Source of the DNA: Malacoraja senta
Taxonomy: Eukaryota
Assembly: GCA_038087875.1 (NCBI GenBank)
Contig: CM075995.1
Location: 10,046,001 to 10,110,000 of the forward strand
Length of the DNA: 64,000 bases
Reading direction: 5' to 3'
Under the pieces are notes generated by a model. The model was not told the origin of the DNA. It made no database searches and was given only the letters and a program-made list of their open reading frames with translations. Of the stretch, positions 39,558-55,903 are shown piece by piece (within the stretch, counting starts at the first letter, position 1; each line of letters starts with the position of its first letter). A program made the translations under genes and the position numbers.

Positions 39558-40771
39558 CCAAAGCCGGCGGTTTTAAAGCTAATTAAGATGGATAAATCCC
39601 CAGGGCCTGACTAAGTACACCTTTGGACCTTGCGATAAAAGCTAGGTAGGAAATCGCAGAGGTTGTTGCAGATATATCTGCAGCATCGTTAGCCACAGCT
39701 GAAGTTTCGGAAGACTGGAGGGTGGCTGATGTTGTACCAGACCTTGTACTGTTGACAGGGTAGTAAGGACAAGCCAGGGACCAACAAGCCGGTGAGCCCC
39801 AGGGCAGCTTGGGAAAGGTGTTGGAGAGGATTCCCAAGGCCAAGATCGACCAGCATTTTGACTCATCAGGGTACTCAGCATGACTTTATACCTGGGAAAG
39901 AGAATCAGATTTAGCTCTTAGGGCTAAAGGAATCAAGGGATATGGGGGAAAGTAGGAACGGGGTACTGCCATGATCGTATTGAATGGTTCGATGGGCCGA
40001 ATGGCCTACTCCTGCACCTATTTTTCCATGTTTGTAAATCCTGTTTCACGAATCTGATTCAGCTTTCCAAAGAGCTCACGAAGAGGATTGAGGAGGGCAG
40101 CATAGTGGATGTTGTCTATAAACTTTAGAAAGGCCTTTGGCAAGGTCCGCTGGTCTGGAAGGTTAGATCACATGGGATCCAAGGTGAGCAAGTCAACAGG
40201 ATTCAAAATTGTCTCGCAGGAAATGGTCAATGGATAGTTGTGGGGGTTGGAAGCCCGTGAACAGTAGCCTTCCCCAGGGGTCGATGTTGGGTCCTCTGTT
40301 GTTGTTATTGACATTAAAGGTTTAGATGACACCGTAGTAACATTGTAAGTACATTTGCAGTTGACAACAAAATTAGTTGTGTAGTAAAAAGGAAGGAAGG
40401 ATATTAAAGCTTACAACAAGATCTAGACCTGTTGGGAAGGTGGGCCAAGGAATGGAACTCTGACAAATGTAAGGTGTTGCACTTTGGTATGTCAAACCAA
40501 GGCAGGACTTACACGGTAAATGGTAGAGGCCTTGAGAGTGTGTGGAACAGAGATCTGGGAGTACATAAAGTGGTGGGTCAGGTGAAGAAGGCATTTGGCA
40601 CGCTTGCCTTCATTGGGAAGGGTACAATGGTTCGGACATCCTGATACAGCTGTATACCACATGTGGAGAGACCACATTTGGAGTTGTGTGTGCAGCTATA
40701 GCAAGGATGTCATTAAATTCACCCAGATGAAGATTCACCTGCATGTTACCTGGGCTTGTGGGCTTGGGTTA

Positions 40772-41700
<929 letters not shown>

Positions 41701-44249
41701 CAACGTCAGTGCTGAATATGATGCCGTTAAACTAATATCCTCTGCCTGCATGTGATCAACATTCCCTGCATCTATCTATAAGCCTCTTTTCAATTATCTG
41801 CCCCCACCACCAGTCCTGGCAGTGTGCTCCCATCACTCTCGGTGTAAAAACTTGCCCTACTCACCTCCTTTAAATTTTCCCCCCTCTCACCTTGAATCTA
41901 TGTCCTCCAGTCTTTGACATTTCCACCCTGGGAAAAAAGATTCTGACTGTCCACCCTATCTATGGTTCTCATAATTGTATACACTTTCTATCGGGTCTTC
42001 CCTCAGCCTCCAGCGTTCTAGAGAAAACAATCTATTTGTCCCGTTATGTACTATGTTTACATATTCTGTTGTGCTGCAGCAAATGAGAATTTCATTGTTC
42101 TATCTGGGAGATATGACAATAAAACACTCTTGACGACTCTTGACTCATTGTAGCGAAGGATCTCAATCAAAACGTCACCTAGTCCTTTTCTTCAGAGATG
42201 CTGTCTAAGCCACTGGGTTACTAAGCTTTTTGTGTCTGTCTTCTGTAAAATCCAGGCAGCATTCCGGTAAACATCTGCACCCTCTCCAAAGCCTCCACAT
42301 CTTTTCTGTAATGGGGCGATCAGTTGTACACAAAACTGCAAATATTGAGTGCTATACGCAGCTTCACCATGACATCTCAACTCTTATATTGAATGCCTCG
42401 ACTGATGAAGGCAAGCATATCACAGCTCGTCTTTACCACTCCATCTACTTGTCTGTTACTTTCAGGGAGCTATGGATGGGCATCCCAAGATCCCTCTGTA
42501 GATCAGGGCTCCCGAAGGTCCTGCCATTGACTTACATTTGAGCTCCCAGTAACGCTACTTCCCTCGTTGCCCCGACTACATAGTGTCAAAAAAGCCACCC
42601 GGACAAACTTCAAAGGTTTTGCCATGTGAGTATTTTATGGCAAAGCAATCCCAATTAATATTTGAAAAAAATAAACAGTTAAGCACTATAACCTTACTTT
42701 TATCACCTGTCTTGCTATTTTAAGTCATGGAGTCATACAACATGGAAACAGGCCCTTCGTCCCAACCCTTCCATGCCAACCAAGGTCATAAGTGTTAGGA
42801 GCAAAATTAGGCCATTCAGTCTATTCCGCCATTCAATCATAGCTGATTTCGAGGAAGCTGAGACGAGGAAACACTTTTTCTCACAGAGAGTGGTGAGTCT
42901 GTGGAATTCTCTTCCTCAGAGGGCGGTGGAGGCAGGTTCTCTGGATGCTTTCAAGAGAGAGCTAGATAGGGCTCTTAAAAATAGCGGAGTCAGGGGATAT
43001 TGGGAGAAGGCAGGAACGGGGTACTGATTGGGGATGATCAGCCATGATCACATTGAATGGCGGTGCTGGCTCGAAGTGCCGAATGGCCTACTCCTGCACC
43101 TATTGTCTAATGTCTATTGTCTATTCCCTCTCCCTCCTTCTCCCCATAACCCCAACACCCGTATTAATCAAAAATTTATCTATTTCTGCCTGAGAAATAT
43201 CCAGAAATATTGAAGCTAATTCACTGGATGTTTTCAAGTTAGATATAGCTTTTAGGGCTAACAGAATCAAAGGATATGGGGGAAAAAGCAGGAACGGGGT
43301 ACTGATTTTGGATAATCAGCCATGATCATATTGAATGGCCTACTCCTGCACCTATTTTCTATGTTTCTATCCATTGACCTGGCCTCCACAGCCTTCTGTG
43401 GCAAAGAATTCCATAGGTTCACCACCTTCTGACTAAATAAATTTATCCTCGTCTCCTTCCTAAAGGAATGTCCTTTAATTCTGAGGCTATGACCTCTAGT
43501 CCCAGACTCTCCCACTAGTGGAAACATCCTCTCCACATCCACTTTATCCAAGCCTTTCACTATTCGTTAAGTTTCAATGAGGTCCCCCCTCATTCTTCTA
43601 AACTCCAGCGAGTACAGGTTCAGTGCTGACAAACACTCATCATATGTTAACCCACTCATTCCTGGGATCATTCCCGTAAACCTCCTCTGCGCCTTCTCCA
43701 GAGCCAGCACATCCTTCCTCAGATATGGTGCCCAAAATTGCTCACGATATTCCAAATGCGGCCAGACCTGCACGTTATGGAGCCTCAGCATTACATCCCT
43801 GTTTGTGTATTCTAGCCCACTTGAAATAAATGTGTTTGCCTTTCTTGCTACTGATTCGACTTGCAGATTAACTTTTTGGGAATCGTGCGCCATCTAAGCT
43901 CGTCCCATTTGGCCCATACCCTTCAAAGCCTTTCCTATTCATGTACCAGTCCAAATGTCTTTTAAAGATTTGATACCTGTCTCAACTACCTCCTCTGGCA
44001 GCTCGTTCCACATTTCTCTGTGTGAAAAGTTACTCTCGGGTTCAATTAAATCTTTCCCCTCTCACCGTACGCCTCTGTCCTCTGGTTCTTGATTCCCCCA
44101 CCATGGGGGAAGATTACTGCGTGTTCACCCAATTTATCCCTTTCATTATTGTACACACCTCTGTATGTTTTTCACTGTACCTCAATACCCGTGACCATAA
44201 TAAACTGCAACAGGTTGCCGCAGGATCACCGCAGTCACTCCTACGTATG

Positions 44250-44557
44250 GAGTTTAGTTTAGAGATACAGTGCGAAAACAGGCCCTTCGGCCCATCCAGT
44301 CCGTGCCCACCAGCGTTCCCCACACATTAACATCATCCTACACCCACTAGGGACATTTTTTAATATTATCAAGCCAATTAACCTACAAACCTGTACGTCT
44401 TTGGAGTGTGGGAGGAAACCGAAGATCTCGGAGAAAAGCCATGTAGGTCACAGGAGAACGTAAAAACTCCGTAGACAGCACCCGTAGTCGGGATGGAACC
44501 CGGATCTCCGGCGCTGCATTCGCTGTAAGGCAGGAACTCTACCGCTGTGCCACCGTG
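44250..44557 (-). mobile_element. tRNA-derived SINE (further copies ~27180-27460, 46010-46290, 50762-51045)
   Basis: A-box-like tggcacagcggt, B-box-like gggttccatccc, (ctaaa)n tail. Confidence 0.75.
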
Positions 44558-44591
44558 AACGCCCTCCCGTTGCCGTACACTCGCAGTCCTA

Positions 44592-45070
<479 letters not shown>

Positions 45071-45932
45071 CATTAACTGTGTATCGGAACCTTTTTGTCA
45101 ACAGATAAAACATTGCATTTATACTTTTCATTTTGCGTTATTATAGTCTGGTTACTGATATTACTGATTATTCATTCAATGTAATATTATATTTATCTGT
45201 GTGTTGTTGCTTTAATGAGCCTGTAAAGCTGCAGCAATAAGAATGTCATTGTTCCACTGCGGGTGCATGTGCAATGAAACACAGTTTGAATAATGATTGC
45301 ACTTCTACATGCAGGGAGATGTTACAAAGTGCCAGACAATCAGAGACTGACAGTAAGATGTAAGACATAAATGAACGTATAACAGTACAGCACAGGAGCA
45401 GTGGAGGAAGGAACTGCAGATGCTGGTTTATACTGAAGATAGACACAAAGTAACTCAGCGGGCCAGGCAGCACCTCTAGAGAAAAAGGATGGGTGACGTT
45501 TCAGGCCGGAACCCTTCTTCAGACTGAAAGTAGAGGGGTGGGAACTGGAGGTAGGAAAAGGCCAGAACAAATCAGGGCCGGCAACAGATGACTAAGGAAG
45601 GGTGGATCCCATTAATGGGTTGGGAAGAGGTGATAACGAAAGGATCCAGGGATGCGGACAGTGGAACTAGTAGGATGACTAGGGTGGGGGTGGGGGGGGG
45701 GGGGGGGCAAGAGAGGTAATTCAGTGGTCGCTGAGAGAAATCAATGTTCATACTGCTGGGGTGTAAACTGCCCAAACAAAATATGAGGTGCTGTCAGTGG
45801 ATGAAAGTGGATGAGGCCCAGGACAGAAAGATCAATATGGGTACACAAAAATGCTGGAGAAACTCAGCGGGTGCAGCAGCATCTATGGAGCGAAGGAAAT
45901 AGGCAACGTTTCGGGCCGAAACCCTTCTTCAG

Positions 45933-47060
45933 AACGCTGTAGTTTACTAGGCCCATAAACGCAGCAACAGACAGGTTCATGTACAATAAACGAATGACCA
46001 TAATACCATTGCGGCACAGCAGCGTAGCGGTAGAGCTACTGCCTTACAGCGCCAGAGATCCGGGTTTGATCCTGACTACCGATGCTTGCCCGTACACAGT
46101 TTGCACATTCTCCCTGGGACTGCGTTGGGTTTTCTCCCACACTCCCAAGTGTAGGTTTGTAGGTTAATTGGCCTGGTGTAAATGTGAAATTGTCACGTGT
46201 GTAGGATCGTATTAATGTGCAGCGATCGCTGGTCGGTGCGGACTTGGTGGGCCAAAGGGGCTGTTTCTGTACTGTATCTCTAAACTAAACTAGGTAAGCA
46301 AAATAGTACAACACCAAAGTCGCCTCACCATGTTAACCGAAAGATGTTGTCAAGCTTGAAAGGGTTCAGAGAAGATTTACCAGGTTGTTACCAGGATTCA
46401 AAGAACTGAGCTATAAGGAGAGGTTGAGCAGGGCTTTAATCCTTGGAGCGCAGGAGGATGAAGGGTGATCTTATAGAGGTGGACAAAATCATGAAAGGCA
46501 TAAATCAGGTAAATGCAGATCGTTGCTCAGAGTAAGGGAAATCGAGAACCGCTTTGTAATGGGGGAAAGATTTAATGGGAACTTGAGTGGTAACTTTTTT
46601 ACACAAAGGGCGGTGGGTGAATGGAAGATGCCGGAGGAGGTAGTTGAAGCAGGTAAGATTACAAAGTTTAAGAAACATTTGGACTTGTACATGGATTGGA
46701 TAGGTTTAGACGGATATGGGCCAAAAGTAGGCAGGTGGGACTAGTTTAGCTGGGGCATGTTGGTTGGCCTGGGCAAGTTGGGCCAAAGAAGCTGATAAGG
46801 AAGATGAGAGCCCATGGTATCAAAAGGCAGATACTAGCATGGATATCAGGTTGGCTGGATGGCAGAAGGCAGAGTGCCAATAAAGGGGGCTTTTTCTGGT
46901 TGGCTGCCAGTAACTAGCGGAGGTCGGAGCTGGGGCCGCTGCTCTTCACGTTGTATATTAATTATTTGGATGAGGGGATTGAAGGCTTTGTGGCTAAATT
47001 TGCCGATTATACAGCTAGGTGGAGGGGCAGGTTGTGTAAAAGTAGGGAACTCTTCAGAAG
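45933..47060 (+). repeat. ~1.13 kb direct duplicate of 50688-51816
   Basis: Near-identical by eye, with scattered substitutions and small indels; identical ORFs at 45979 and 50732. Confidence 0.95.
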
Positions 47061-47281
47061 ATCAATATGGGAATGGGAAGGGGAGTTAACATGTTTGGAA
47101 ACCGAGAGATCATGTTGGCCAAGGCACACTGAACGTAAGTGTTCAGCAAAACGATGGCCCAGTCTGTCGGAGCCCACACCAAGAACGAATATAGTAGATG
47201 AGATTGCAGGAGGTGCAAGTCAACCTCTGCCTCACCTGAAAGGACTCTCGGGGTACCTGGATGGAGTTGAGGGAGGAAGTA

Positions 47282-49832
47282 CAGTGGCTTGCAAAAGTTT
47301 TCATACCCCTTGAACTTTTCCACATTTTGTCACGTTACAACCACAAACGTAAATGTATTTTATTGGGATTTTATGTGATAGACCAACACAAAGTGGTGCA
47401 TAATTGTGATGTGGAAGGAAAATGATACATGGTTTTCAAATTTTTTTACAAATAAAAAACTGAAAAGTGTCGCGTGCAAAAGTATTCAGCCCCCCTGAGT
47501 CAATACTTTGTAGAACCACCTTTCGCTGCAATTACAGCTGCAAGTCTTTTGGGGTATGTCTCTACCAGCTTTGCACATCTAGAGACTGAAATTTTTGCCC
47601 ATTCTTCTTTGCAAAATAGCTCAAGCTCAGTCAGATTGGATGGAGAGCGTCTGTGAACAGCAATTTTTAAGTCTTGCCAGAGATTCTCAATTGGATTTAG
47701 GTCTGGACTTTGACTGGGCCATTCTAACACATGAATATGCTTTGATCTAAACCATTCCATTGTAGCTCTGGCTGTATGTTTAGGGTCGTTGTCCTGCTGG
47801 AAGGTGAACCTCCGCCCCAGTCTCAAGTCTTTTGCCGACTCTAACAGGTTTTCTTCCAAGATTGCCCTGTATTTGGCTCCATCCATCTTCCCATCAACTC
47901 TGACCAGCTTCCCTGTCCCTGCTGAAGAAAAGCATCCCCACAGCATGATGCTGCCACCACCATGTTTCACAGTGGGGATGGTGTGTTCAGGGTGATGTGC
48001 AGTGATAGGTTTCCGCCACACATAGCGTTTTGCATTTAGGCCAAAAACTTCAATTTTGGTCTCATCTGACCAGAACACCTTCCTCTACATGTTTGCTGTG
48101 TCCCCCACATGGCTTGTGGCAAACTGCAAACGGGACTTCTTATGGCTTTTTTTCAACAATGGCTTTCTTCTTGCCACTCTTCCATCAAGGCCCGATTTGT
48201 GGAGTGCACGACTAATAGTTGTCCTGTGGACAAATTCTCCCACCTGGATCTCTGCAGCTCCTCCAGAGTTACCATGGGCCTCTTGGCTGCTTCTCTGATC
48301 AATGCTCTCCTTGCCCGGCCTGTCAGTTTAGGTGGACGGCCATGTCTTGGTAGGTTTGCAGTTGTGCCATACTCTTTCCATTTTCGGATGATGGATTGAA
48401 CAGTGCTCCATGAGATGTTCAAAGCTTGGGATATTTGTTTATAACCTAACCCTGCTTTAAACTTCTCCACAACTTTATCCCTGACCTGTCTGGTGTGTTC
48501 CTTGGGCTTCATGATGCTGTTTGTTCACTAATGTTCTCTAACAAACCACTGAGGCCTTCACAGAACAGCTGTATTTATACTGAGATTAGATTACATCGAC
48601 GGATTTACACAGACAAACATGGGAAAAAGAACTAAATCAAATAATAACGAAAGATACTTGGGAAGAAAGTTTACAACACATACATCAATGTTCATTAAAT
48701 GCCAGACACTCTCTAATACAATTCAAAGTACTACATAGGTTACATTACTCTAAAACAAAATTAAACAAAATCTTCCCACATATTTCCCCTATATGTGATA
48801 AATGTCAACATTTAGATGCTAACTTAACTCATACGTTTGCGAATTGTATAAAAATTAAAACATTCTGGGCAAATATATTTAGAATAATATCTATAGTTAC
48901 CAGCACTCAATGGACCCGGATCCAAAATTAATAATACTAGGAATATTAGAACTAAAATCAAAGATTTACAACAACTCAAAGAAACTTTATTGATTATAGT
49001 ATAATAACTGGGAAAAAAATAATTCTAAAATTTTGGAAAGGTCCTATAACCCCCACAATCAAAATGTGGATTATAGAAATGACGGAGACCGTACACTTGG
49101 AAAGAATTAGACTTGTCCTGTTGGACAAACAAGAATTATTTGTTGGAACATGGTCTCCATTTATTGATTATCTAAAGGGTCAGAATGGTTCAGCACGGGA
49201 ACCTGACTAGCACTCGAGCCAAGGAATAGATGAAATGTTATACTCTGAAATGTATGAATATATCTCGAATGAAGTTTTTTTTCTTAGTAAGGTATTCCAT
49301 TCTTCTTTATTATCTCTTTCTTTTTTTTTTTTTTTTTTTTTTTCTTTTCTTTTCTCTCTTTTCTCTCTTTCTTTCATCTATCTTTTTATTTCTACTTACT
49401 TAAAAAAGAAAAGAAAAAATCATTGGAGACAATGTGAATAATGTTTGACAATATTATTAATTTAGAAAGGAAAGACTGGTAATATGATATGTATTTACCT
49501 CCAATAAAAAATATTATCTCAAAAAAAAGATTACACACAAGTGGACTCCATTTACTAATTAGGTGACTTCTGAAGGCAATTGGTTGCACTGGATTTTATT
49601 TAGGGGGTATCAGAGTAAAGAGGGCTGAATACTTTTGCACGCAACACTTTTCAGTTTTTTATTTGTAAAAAAATTTGAAAACCATGTATCATTTTCCTTC
49701 CAGTTCACAATTATGCGCCGCTTTGTGTTGGTCTATCACATAAAATCCCAATAAAATACATTTACGTTTGTGGTTGTAACGTGACAAAATGTGGAAAAGT
49801 TCAAGGGGTATGAATACTTTTGCAAGCCACTG
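47282..49832 (-). mobile_element. Tc1-like DNA transposon (family B), both TIRs present, transposase frameshifted
   Basis: ~210-bp TIRs CAGTGGCTTGCAAAAGT..., [27 protein letters not shown] at 47500-48078; HTH part at 48153-48512. Confidence 0.95.
48596..49528 (+). mobile_element. L1-clade LINE 3' fragment nested in Tc1
   Basis: CDKC...H...C zinc knuckle (IQFKVLHRLHYSKTKL...ICDKC...HTFANC...FW), AATAAA plus poly(A), TSD gattaca (48589-48595, 49529-49535). Confidence 0.88.
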
Positions 49833-50463
49833 TATAAGGACTAGAGGATGTGAGCTATAGGGAGAGGTTGTGTAGGCTGGGTCTCTATTCCATGGAGCGC
49901 AGGAGGATGAGGGGAGATCTTATAGAGGAATACAAAATCATGAGAGGAATAGATCAGGTAGATGCACAGAGTCTCTTGCCCAAAGCAGGGGGAATCGAGG
50001 ACCAGAGGACATAGGTTCAAGGTGAAGGGGAAAAGATTTAATAGGAATCCGAGGGGTAACTTTTTCACACAAAGGATGGTGGGTGATTGCAACAAGCTGC
50101 CAGAGGAGGTAGTAGAGGCTGGGACTATCCCATCATTTAAGAAACAGTTAGACAGGTACATGGAAAGGACAGGTTTGGAGTGATATGGACCAAGCGCAAG
50201 TAAGTGGGACTAGGGTAGCTGGGACATGTTGGCCGGTGTGGGCGAGTTGGGCCGAAGGGCCTGTTTCCACACTGCATCACTCTATGACTATGATAGGTGT
50301 TGCATCTCCTGCGGTTGCAGGGGAATGTTCCTGGGGAGGGGGTGGTTTGGGTAGGAAAGGATGGGTAAACCAGGGAATTGCTGAGGAAATGGATTCTGCG
50401 GTCTCTCTCTCAGTATCGCCCTCCTCAGTACTGCCCTCCCACTCCCAGTACCCCACTCCCTCA

Positions 50464-50796
<333 letters not shown>

Positions 50797-53360
50797 TTAC
50801 AGCGCCAGAGATCCGGGTTTGATCCTGACTACCGATGCTTGCCCGTACACAGTTTGCACATTCTCCCTGGGACTGCGTTGGGTTTTCTCCCACACTCCCA
50901 AGTGTAGGTTTGTAGGTTAATTGGCCTGGTGTAAATGTGAAATTGTCACATGTGTGTAGGATCGTGTTAATGTGCAGCGATCGCTGGTCGGTGCGGACTT
51001 GGTGGGCCAAAGGGGCTGTTTCTGTACTGTATCTCTAAACTAAACTAGGTAAGCAAAATAGTACAACACCAAAGTCGCCTCACCATGTTAACCGAAAGAT
51101 GTTGTCAAGCTTGAAAGGGTTCAGAGAAGATTTACCAGGTTGTTACCAGGATTCAAGGAACTGAGCTATAAGGAGAGGTTGAGCAGGGCATTAATCCTTG
51201 GAGCGCAGGAGGATGAAGGGTGATCTTATAGAGGTGGACAAAATCATGAAAGGCATAGATCAGGTAAATGCAGATCGTTGCTCAGAGTAAGGGAAATTGA
51301 GAACCGCTTTGTAATGGGGGGAAAGATTTAATGGGAACTTGAGTAGTAACTTTTTTACACAAAGGGCGGTGGGTGAATGGAAGATGCTGGAGGAGGTAGT
51401 TGAAGCAGGTAAGATTACAAAGTTTAAGAAACATTTGGACTTGTACATGGATTGGATAGGTTTAGATGGATATGGGCCAAAAGTAGGCAGGTGGGACTAG
51501 TTTAGCTGGGGCATGTTGGTTGGCCTGGGCAAGTTGGGCCAAAGAAGCTGATAAGGAAGATGAGAGCCCATGGTATCAAAAGGCAGATACTAGCATGGAT
51601 ATCAGGTTGGCTGGATGGCAGAAGGCAGAGTGCCAATAAAGGGGGCTTTTTCTGGTTGGCTGCCAGTAACTAGCGGAGGTCGGAGCTGGGGCCGCTGCTC
51701 TTCACGTTGTATATTAATAATTTGGATGAGGGGATTGAAGGCTTTGTGGCTAAATTTGCCGATTATACAGCTAGGTGGAGGGGCAGGTTGTGTAAAAGTA
51801 GGGAACTCTTCAGAAGGACTTGGACAGGTTGGGAGAGTGGGCAGAGAAGTGGCAGATGGAATATGGTGTAGCAAAGTGTGGAGTCATACATTTTGGTAGT
51901 AGGAATAAAGGCGGAGACTATTTTCTAAATGGGGTGAGAATCGAATAATTGGAGGTGCAAAGAGACTTGGGAGTGTTGGTGCAGGATTCCCAAAAGGTTA
52001 ATTTGCAAGCCGCATGGGTAGTAAGGAAGGCAAACACAATTTATTTCAAGAGGACCAGAATACAAAACCAGGGATGTAATGCTTTATAAAGCGCTGGTCG
52101 AACCACATATGGAATATTGTGAGCAATTTTGGGCCCCATATCTGGGGAAGGATGTGCTGGCACTGGAGAGTGTCCAGAGGAGGTTTACGGGAATGATCCC
52201 AGGAATGAGTGGGTTGACACATGATGAGCGTTTGACAGCACTGGACCTCTACTCGCTGGAGTTTAGAAGGGTGAGGGGGGGTTACCTCATTGAAACTTAC
52301 CGATTAATGAAAGGCTTGGACAGAGTGGATGTGGAGAAGATGTTTCCACTAGTGGGAGAGTCTAGGGCTAGAGGTCATAACCTCAGAATTAAAGGATGTT
52401 CCTTCAGGAAGGAGATGAGGAATTTCATTAGTTTCAGGATAGTGAATCTGTGGAATTCAATGCCACAGAAGGTTGTGGAGGCCATCAATGGATATTTTTA
52501 TGGCATAGATAGATTCTTGATTAGTCTCCCAACTTGGCCACACTGGCCAACATGTCCACGCTACACTTGTCCCGCCTGCCTATGTTGGGTCCATTTCCCT
52601 CCAAACCTGTCCTATCCATGTACCTGTCTAAATGTTTCTTAACGGTTGGGATAGTCCCAGTCTCAACTACCTCCTCTGGCAGCTTGTTCCATACATCCAC
52701 CACCTTTTGAAAAAGTCACCCCTCAGATTACTATTAAATCTTTTCCCCTTCACCTTAAACCTATGTCCTCTGGTCCTCGATTCCCCAATCTGGGCAAGAG
52801 ACGGATACGGATACAATTAGTGCAGATCTCAGGGCTTACGAACAGAGGGCAGGAGAATGCGGCTAAGAGGAGGAGATAGATCAGCCATGATTGAATGGCG
52901 GAGTAACTTGATTGGCCAAATGGCCTAATTCTGCTCCTATCACCTATGAACTTATGAAGGACCCGTTTCCATGCTTTATGACACTGTGTTACTGAGGTAG
53001 GTTGGTGTTGGGCAGTGTTGAAGGACTGGTTCCTGCTGAGAGTGCTCAGCTGCTGAGGAAGTCAAGGATCCAATTACACAGCGATGGGCAGAGAGCCAGT
53101 TCTCGAGTTTGCTGTTTGGAGGAGATGTTGGTGTTGAGTGTAGTCGACGAACAGCAGCCTGACTACTTGTCATAACTGTCCAAATGATTCAATGCAATGG
53201 GGAGAGCCAGCCAGATGGCAGAGACCTCAAGCAGAGTCTGCCGATCACCGTGGGCCAGACGAGTGGGCCAAAGCCTGCCCTCTGCTCACCAGTCAGACGA
53301 TGGATGTTCCACGTAGGGAGAGGTCCACAGGGCAGGACATCGCTCAGGGCTCCATTCTCA

Positions 53361-53615
<255 letters not shown>

Positions 53616-53629
53616 TCACACAACCAAAG

Positions 53630-54085
53630 TAACCCCACTGCCCCTCTCTCCCACAGCCCTGTATCAATCCCACACTAACCCCTCTCCCGCAGCCCTGTAT
53701 CAATCCCACACTAACCCCTCTCTCCCACAGCCCTGTATCAATCCCACACTAACCCCTCTCCCACAGCCCTGTATCAATCCCACACTAACCCCTCCCACAG
53801 CCCTGTATCAATCCCACACTAACCCCTCTCTCCCACAGCCCTGTATCAATCCCACACTAACCCCTCTCTCCCACAGCCCTGTATCAATCCCACTAACCCC
53901 ACTCTCCCACAGCCCTGTATCAATCCCACACTAACCCCACTCTCCCACAGCCATCAATCCCACTGCCCCACTCTCTCCCACAGCCCTGTATCAATCCCAC
54001 ACTAATCCCACTACTCCTCTCTCCCCACAGCCCTATTACAATTCCACACTAATCCCAATGCCCCGCTCTCTCCCACAGCCCTTTA
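53630..54085. repeat. ~36-39 bp minisatellite (ctctcccacagccctgtatcaatcccacactaaccc)
   Basis: Direct reading; upstream of the exon 8 acceptor. Confidence 0.92.
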
Positions 54086-54744
54086 TTTTCCCAATCTAAT
54101 TGCAAGTGTGCGGTGTTGCACTTTGAGAAGTTAAATATAAGCGGAAAGTATAGAGTTAATGACAAGACCCTTAACAGCACTGACAGAGGTTTCTTGATGT
54201 CCATAGCTTTCTGAAAGCAACATCATAAGAGTGGTTAAGAAGGTTTGTGGTATACTTGAGTTCATTGTCGAGGCACTGAGCATAAGGGTTCGAAGGTCAT
54301 TCTGCAACTTTAGTTTGACCGCATTTGGAGTATTATGTGCACTTCTAGTTGTCTCATTCCAGGAAGGATGCAGAGGCTTTGGAGATGGTGTAGAGGAGGT
54401 TTACCAGAATGCCTGGATTAGAGGGTTTCAGCTACAGAGACAGGTTGGATAGACTTGGACAGTTTTCCCTGGAACGTCAGATGTTGCGGGGAGACCTGAT
54501 AAAAGTTTATAAAATCATAAGAGGCATAGATAGGGTAGACTGTCAGACCCTTTTCCCCAGCACTAGAGGGTATAACTATCAAGGGGAAGAGGGATAAATG
54601 TAATGATGTGCGGAACAATTTTTTTTTTTTACAGAGTGATGGGGGCTGGAACAGTACAGGGGGTGGCGTTGGAGACAGATATGACAGTAGTGTTTAAGAG
54701 GCTTGTCGATAGGCACATGGAAGTGCAAGGAACAGAGGGATATA

Positions 54745-55295
54745 TAGTTTTGGTCTCCTAATCTGAGGAAAGACATTCTTGCCATAGAGGGAGTACAGAG
54801 AAGGTTCACCAGACTGATTCCTGGGATGTCAGGCCTTTCATATGAAGAAAGACTGGATAGACTCGGCTTGTACTCGCTAGAATTTAGAAGATTGAGGGGG
54901 GATCTTATAGAAACTTACAAAATTCTTAAGGGGTTGGACAGGCTAGATGCAGGAAGATTGTTCCCGATGTTGGGGAAGTCCAGAACAAGGGGTCACAGTT
55001 TAAGGATAAGGGTGAAGTCTTTTAGGACCGAGATGAGAAAAACATTTTTCACACAGAGAGTGGTGAATCTCTGGAATTCTCTGCCACAGAAGGTAGTTGA
55101 GGCCAGTTCATTGGCTATATTTAAGAGGGAGTTAGATGTGGCCCTTGTGGCTAAAGGGATCAGGGGGTATGGAGAGAAGGCAGGTACAGGATACTGAGTT
55201 GGATGATCAGCCATGATCATATTGAATGGCGGTGCTGGCTCGAAGGGCCGAATGGCCTACTCCTGCACCTAATTTTCTATGTTTCTATGTTTCTA
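54745..55295 (+). mobile_element. Young CR1-clade LINE 3' fragment
   Basis: Open ORF2 C-terminus 54826-55197 and (tttctatg)n tail. Confidence 0.9.
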
Positions 55296-55828
55296 GAGCA
55301 TGAGATATGGAGGAGGATGAGATCAGTTTAACTTGGCATCATGTTTGGCACAAATATTGTGAGCCGTAGGGCCTGCTCCTGTACTGTGTGATAAATATCA
55401 AAGACCCACACCACCTGGTCACGCTCTCATCTCACTGCTACCATCAGGAAGAAGGTACAGAAGCCTGAAAACCATGAGCTCCAGGTTCAAGTGCAGCTTG
55501 TTGCCAGCATCCATCAGGATCTTGAACCACCGTTCTCATCACTATCCAAGACCCCACCTCAGCTGTGTGAACTCTTGTGACTTAGTTTAGGATGCACTAC
55601 TTACTTTGGCTTGCACTACTACGGTCTGGGTACCCAGTATTACTGATTCCTGTATATTTATGCGTTATGTTAATGGACTGTAAAGCAGCAGCAGGTGAGA
55701 CTTTCACTGCTGTGTTGCTGGTGAATGTGGCAGTTTAACGCCCTGTACAACACTAAAGCTGCCCCCCCCCCCCCCCCCCCCCCCCAGTCTACGAGACCCC
55801 AGGCTCCTGTGTCTTTGTGTGTTCATAC

Positions 55829-55903
55829 CGGTGGCAGTGCAGTCAGCTGGTTCCTGTCCAGCCACAGTTCCCGGAGGTTCGGCAGGGCTCCCAGTGTGTC
55901 CGG
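55829..55903 (-). CDS. SCRIB: Scribble exon 7 equivalent: PDTLGALPNLRELWLDRNQLTALPP
   Basis: 75 bp, ttgcag| and |gtatga; near-identical to SCRIB. Confidence 0.96.

Noticed and set aside
47500..48512. Potentially active Tc1 transposase
   Set aside because: The ORF is split by frameshifts and the upstream region is interrupted by an L1 insertion
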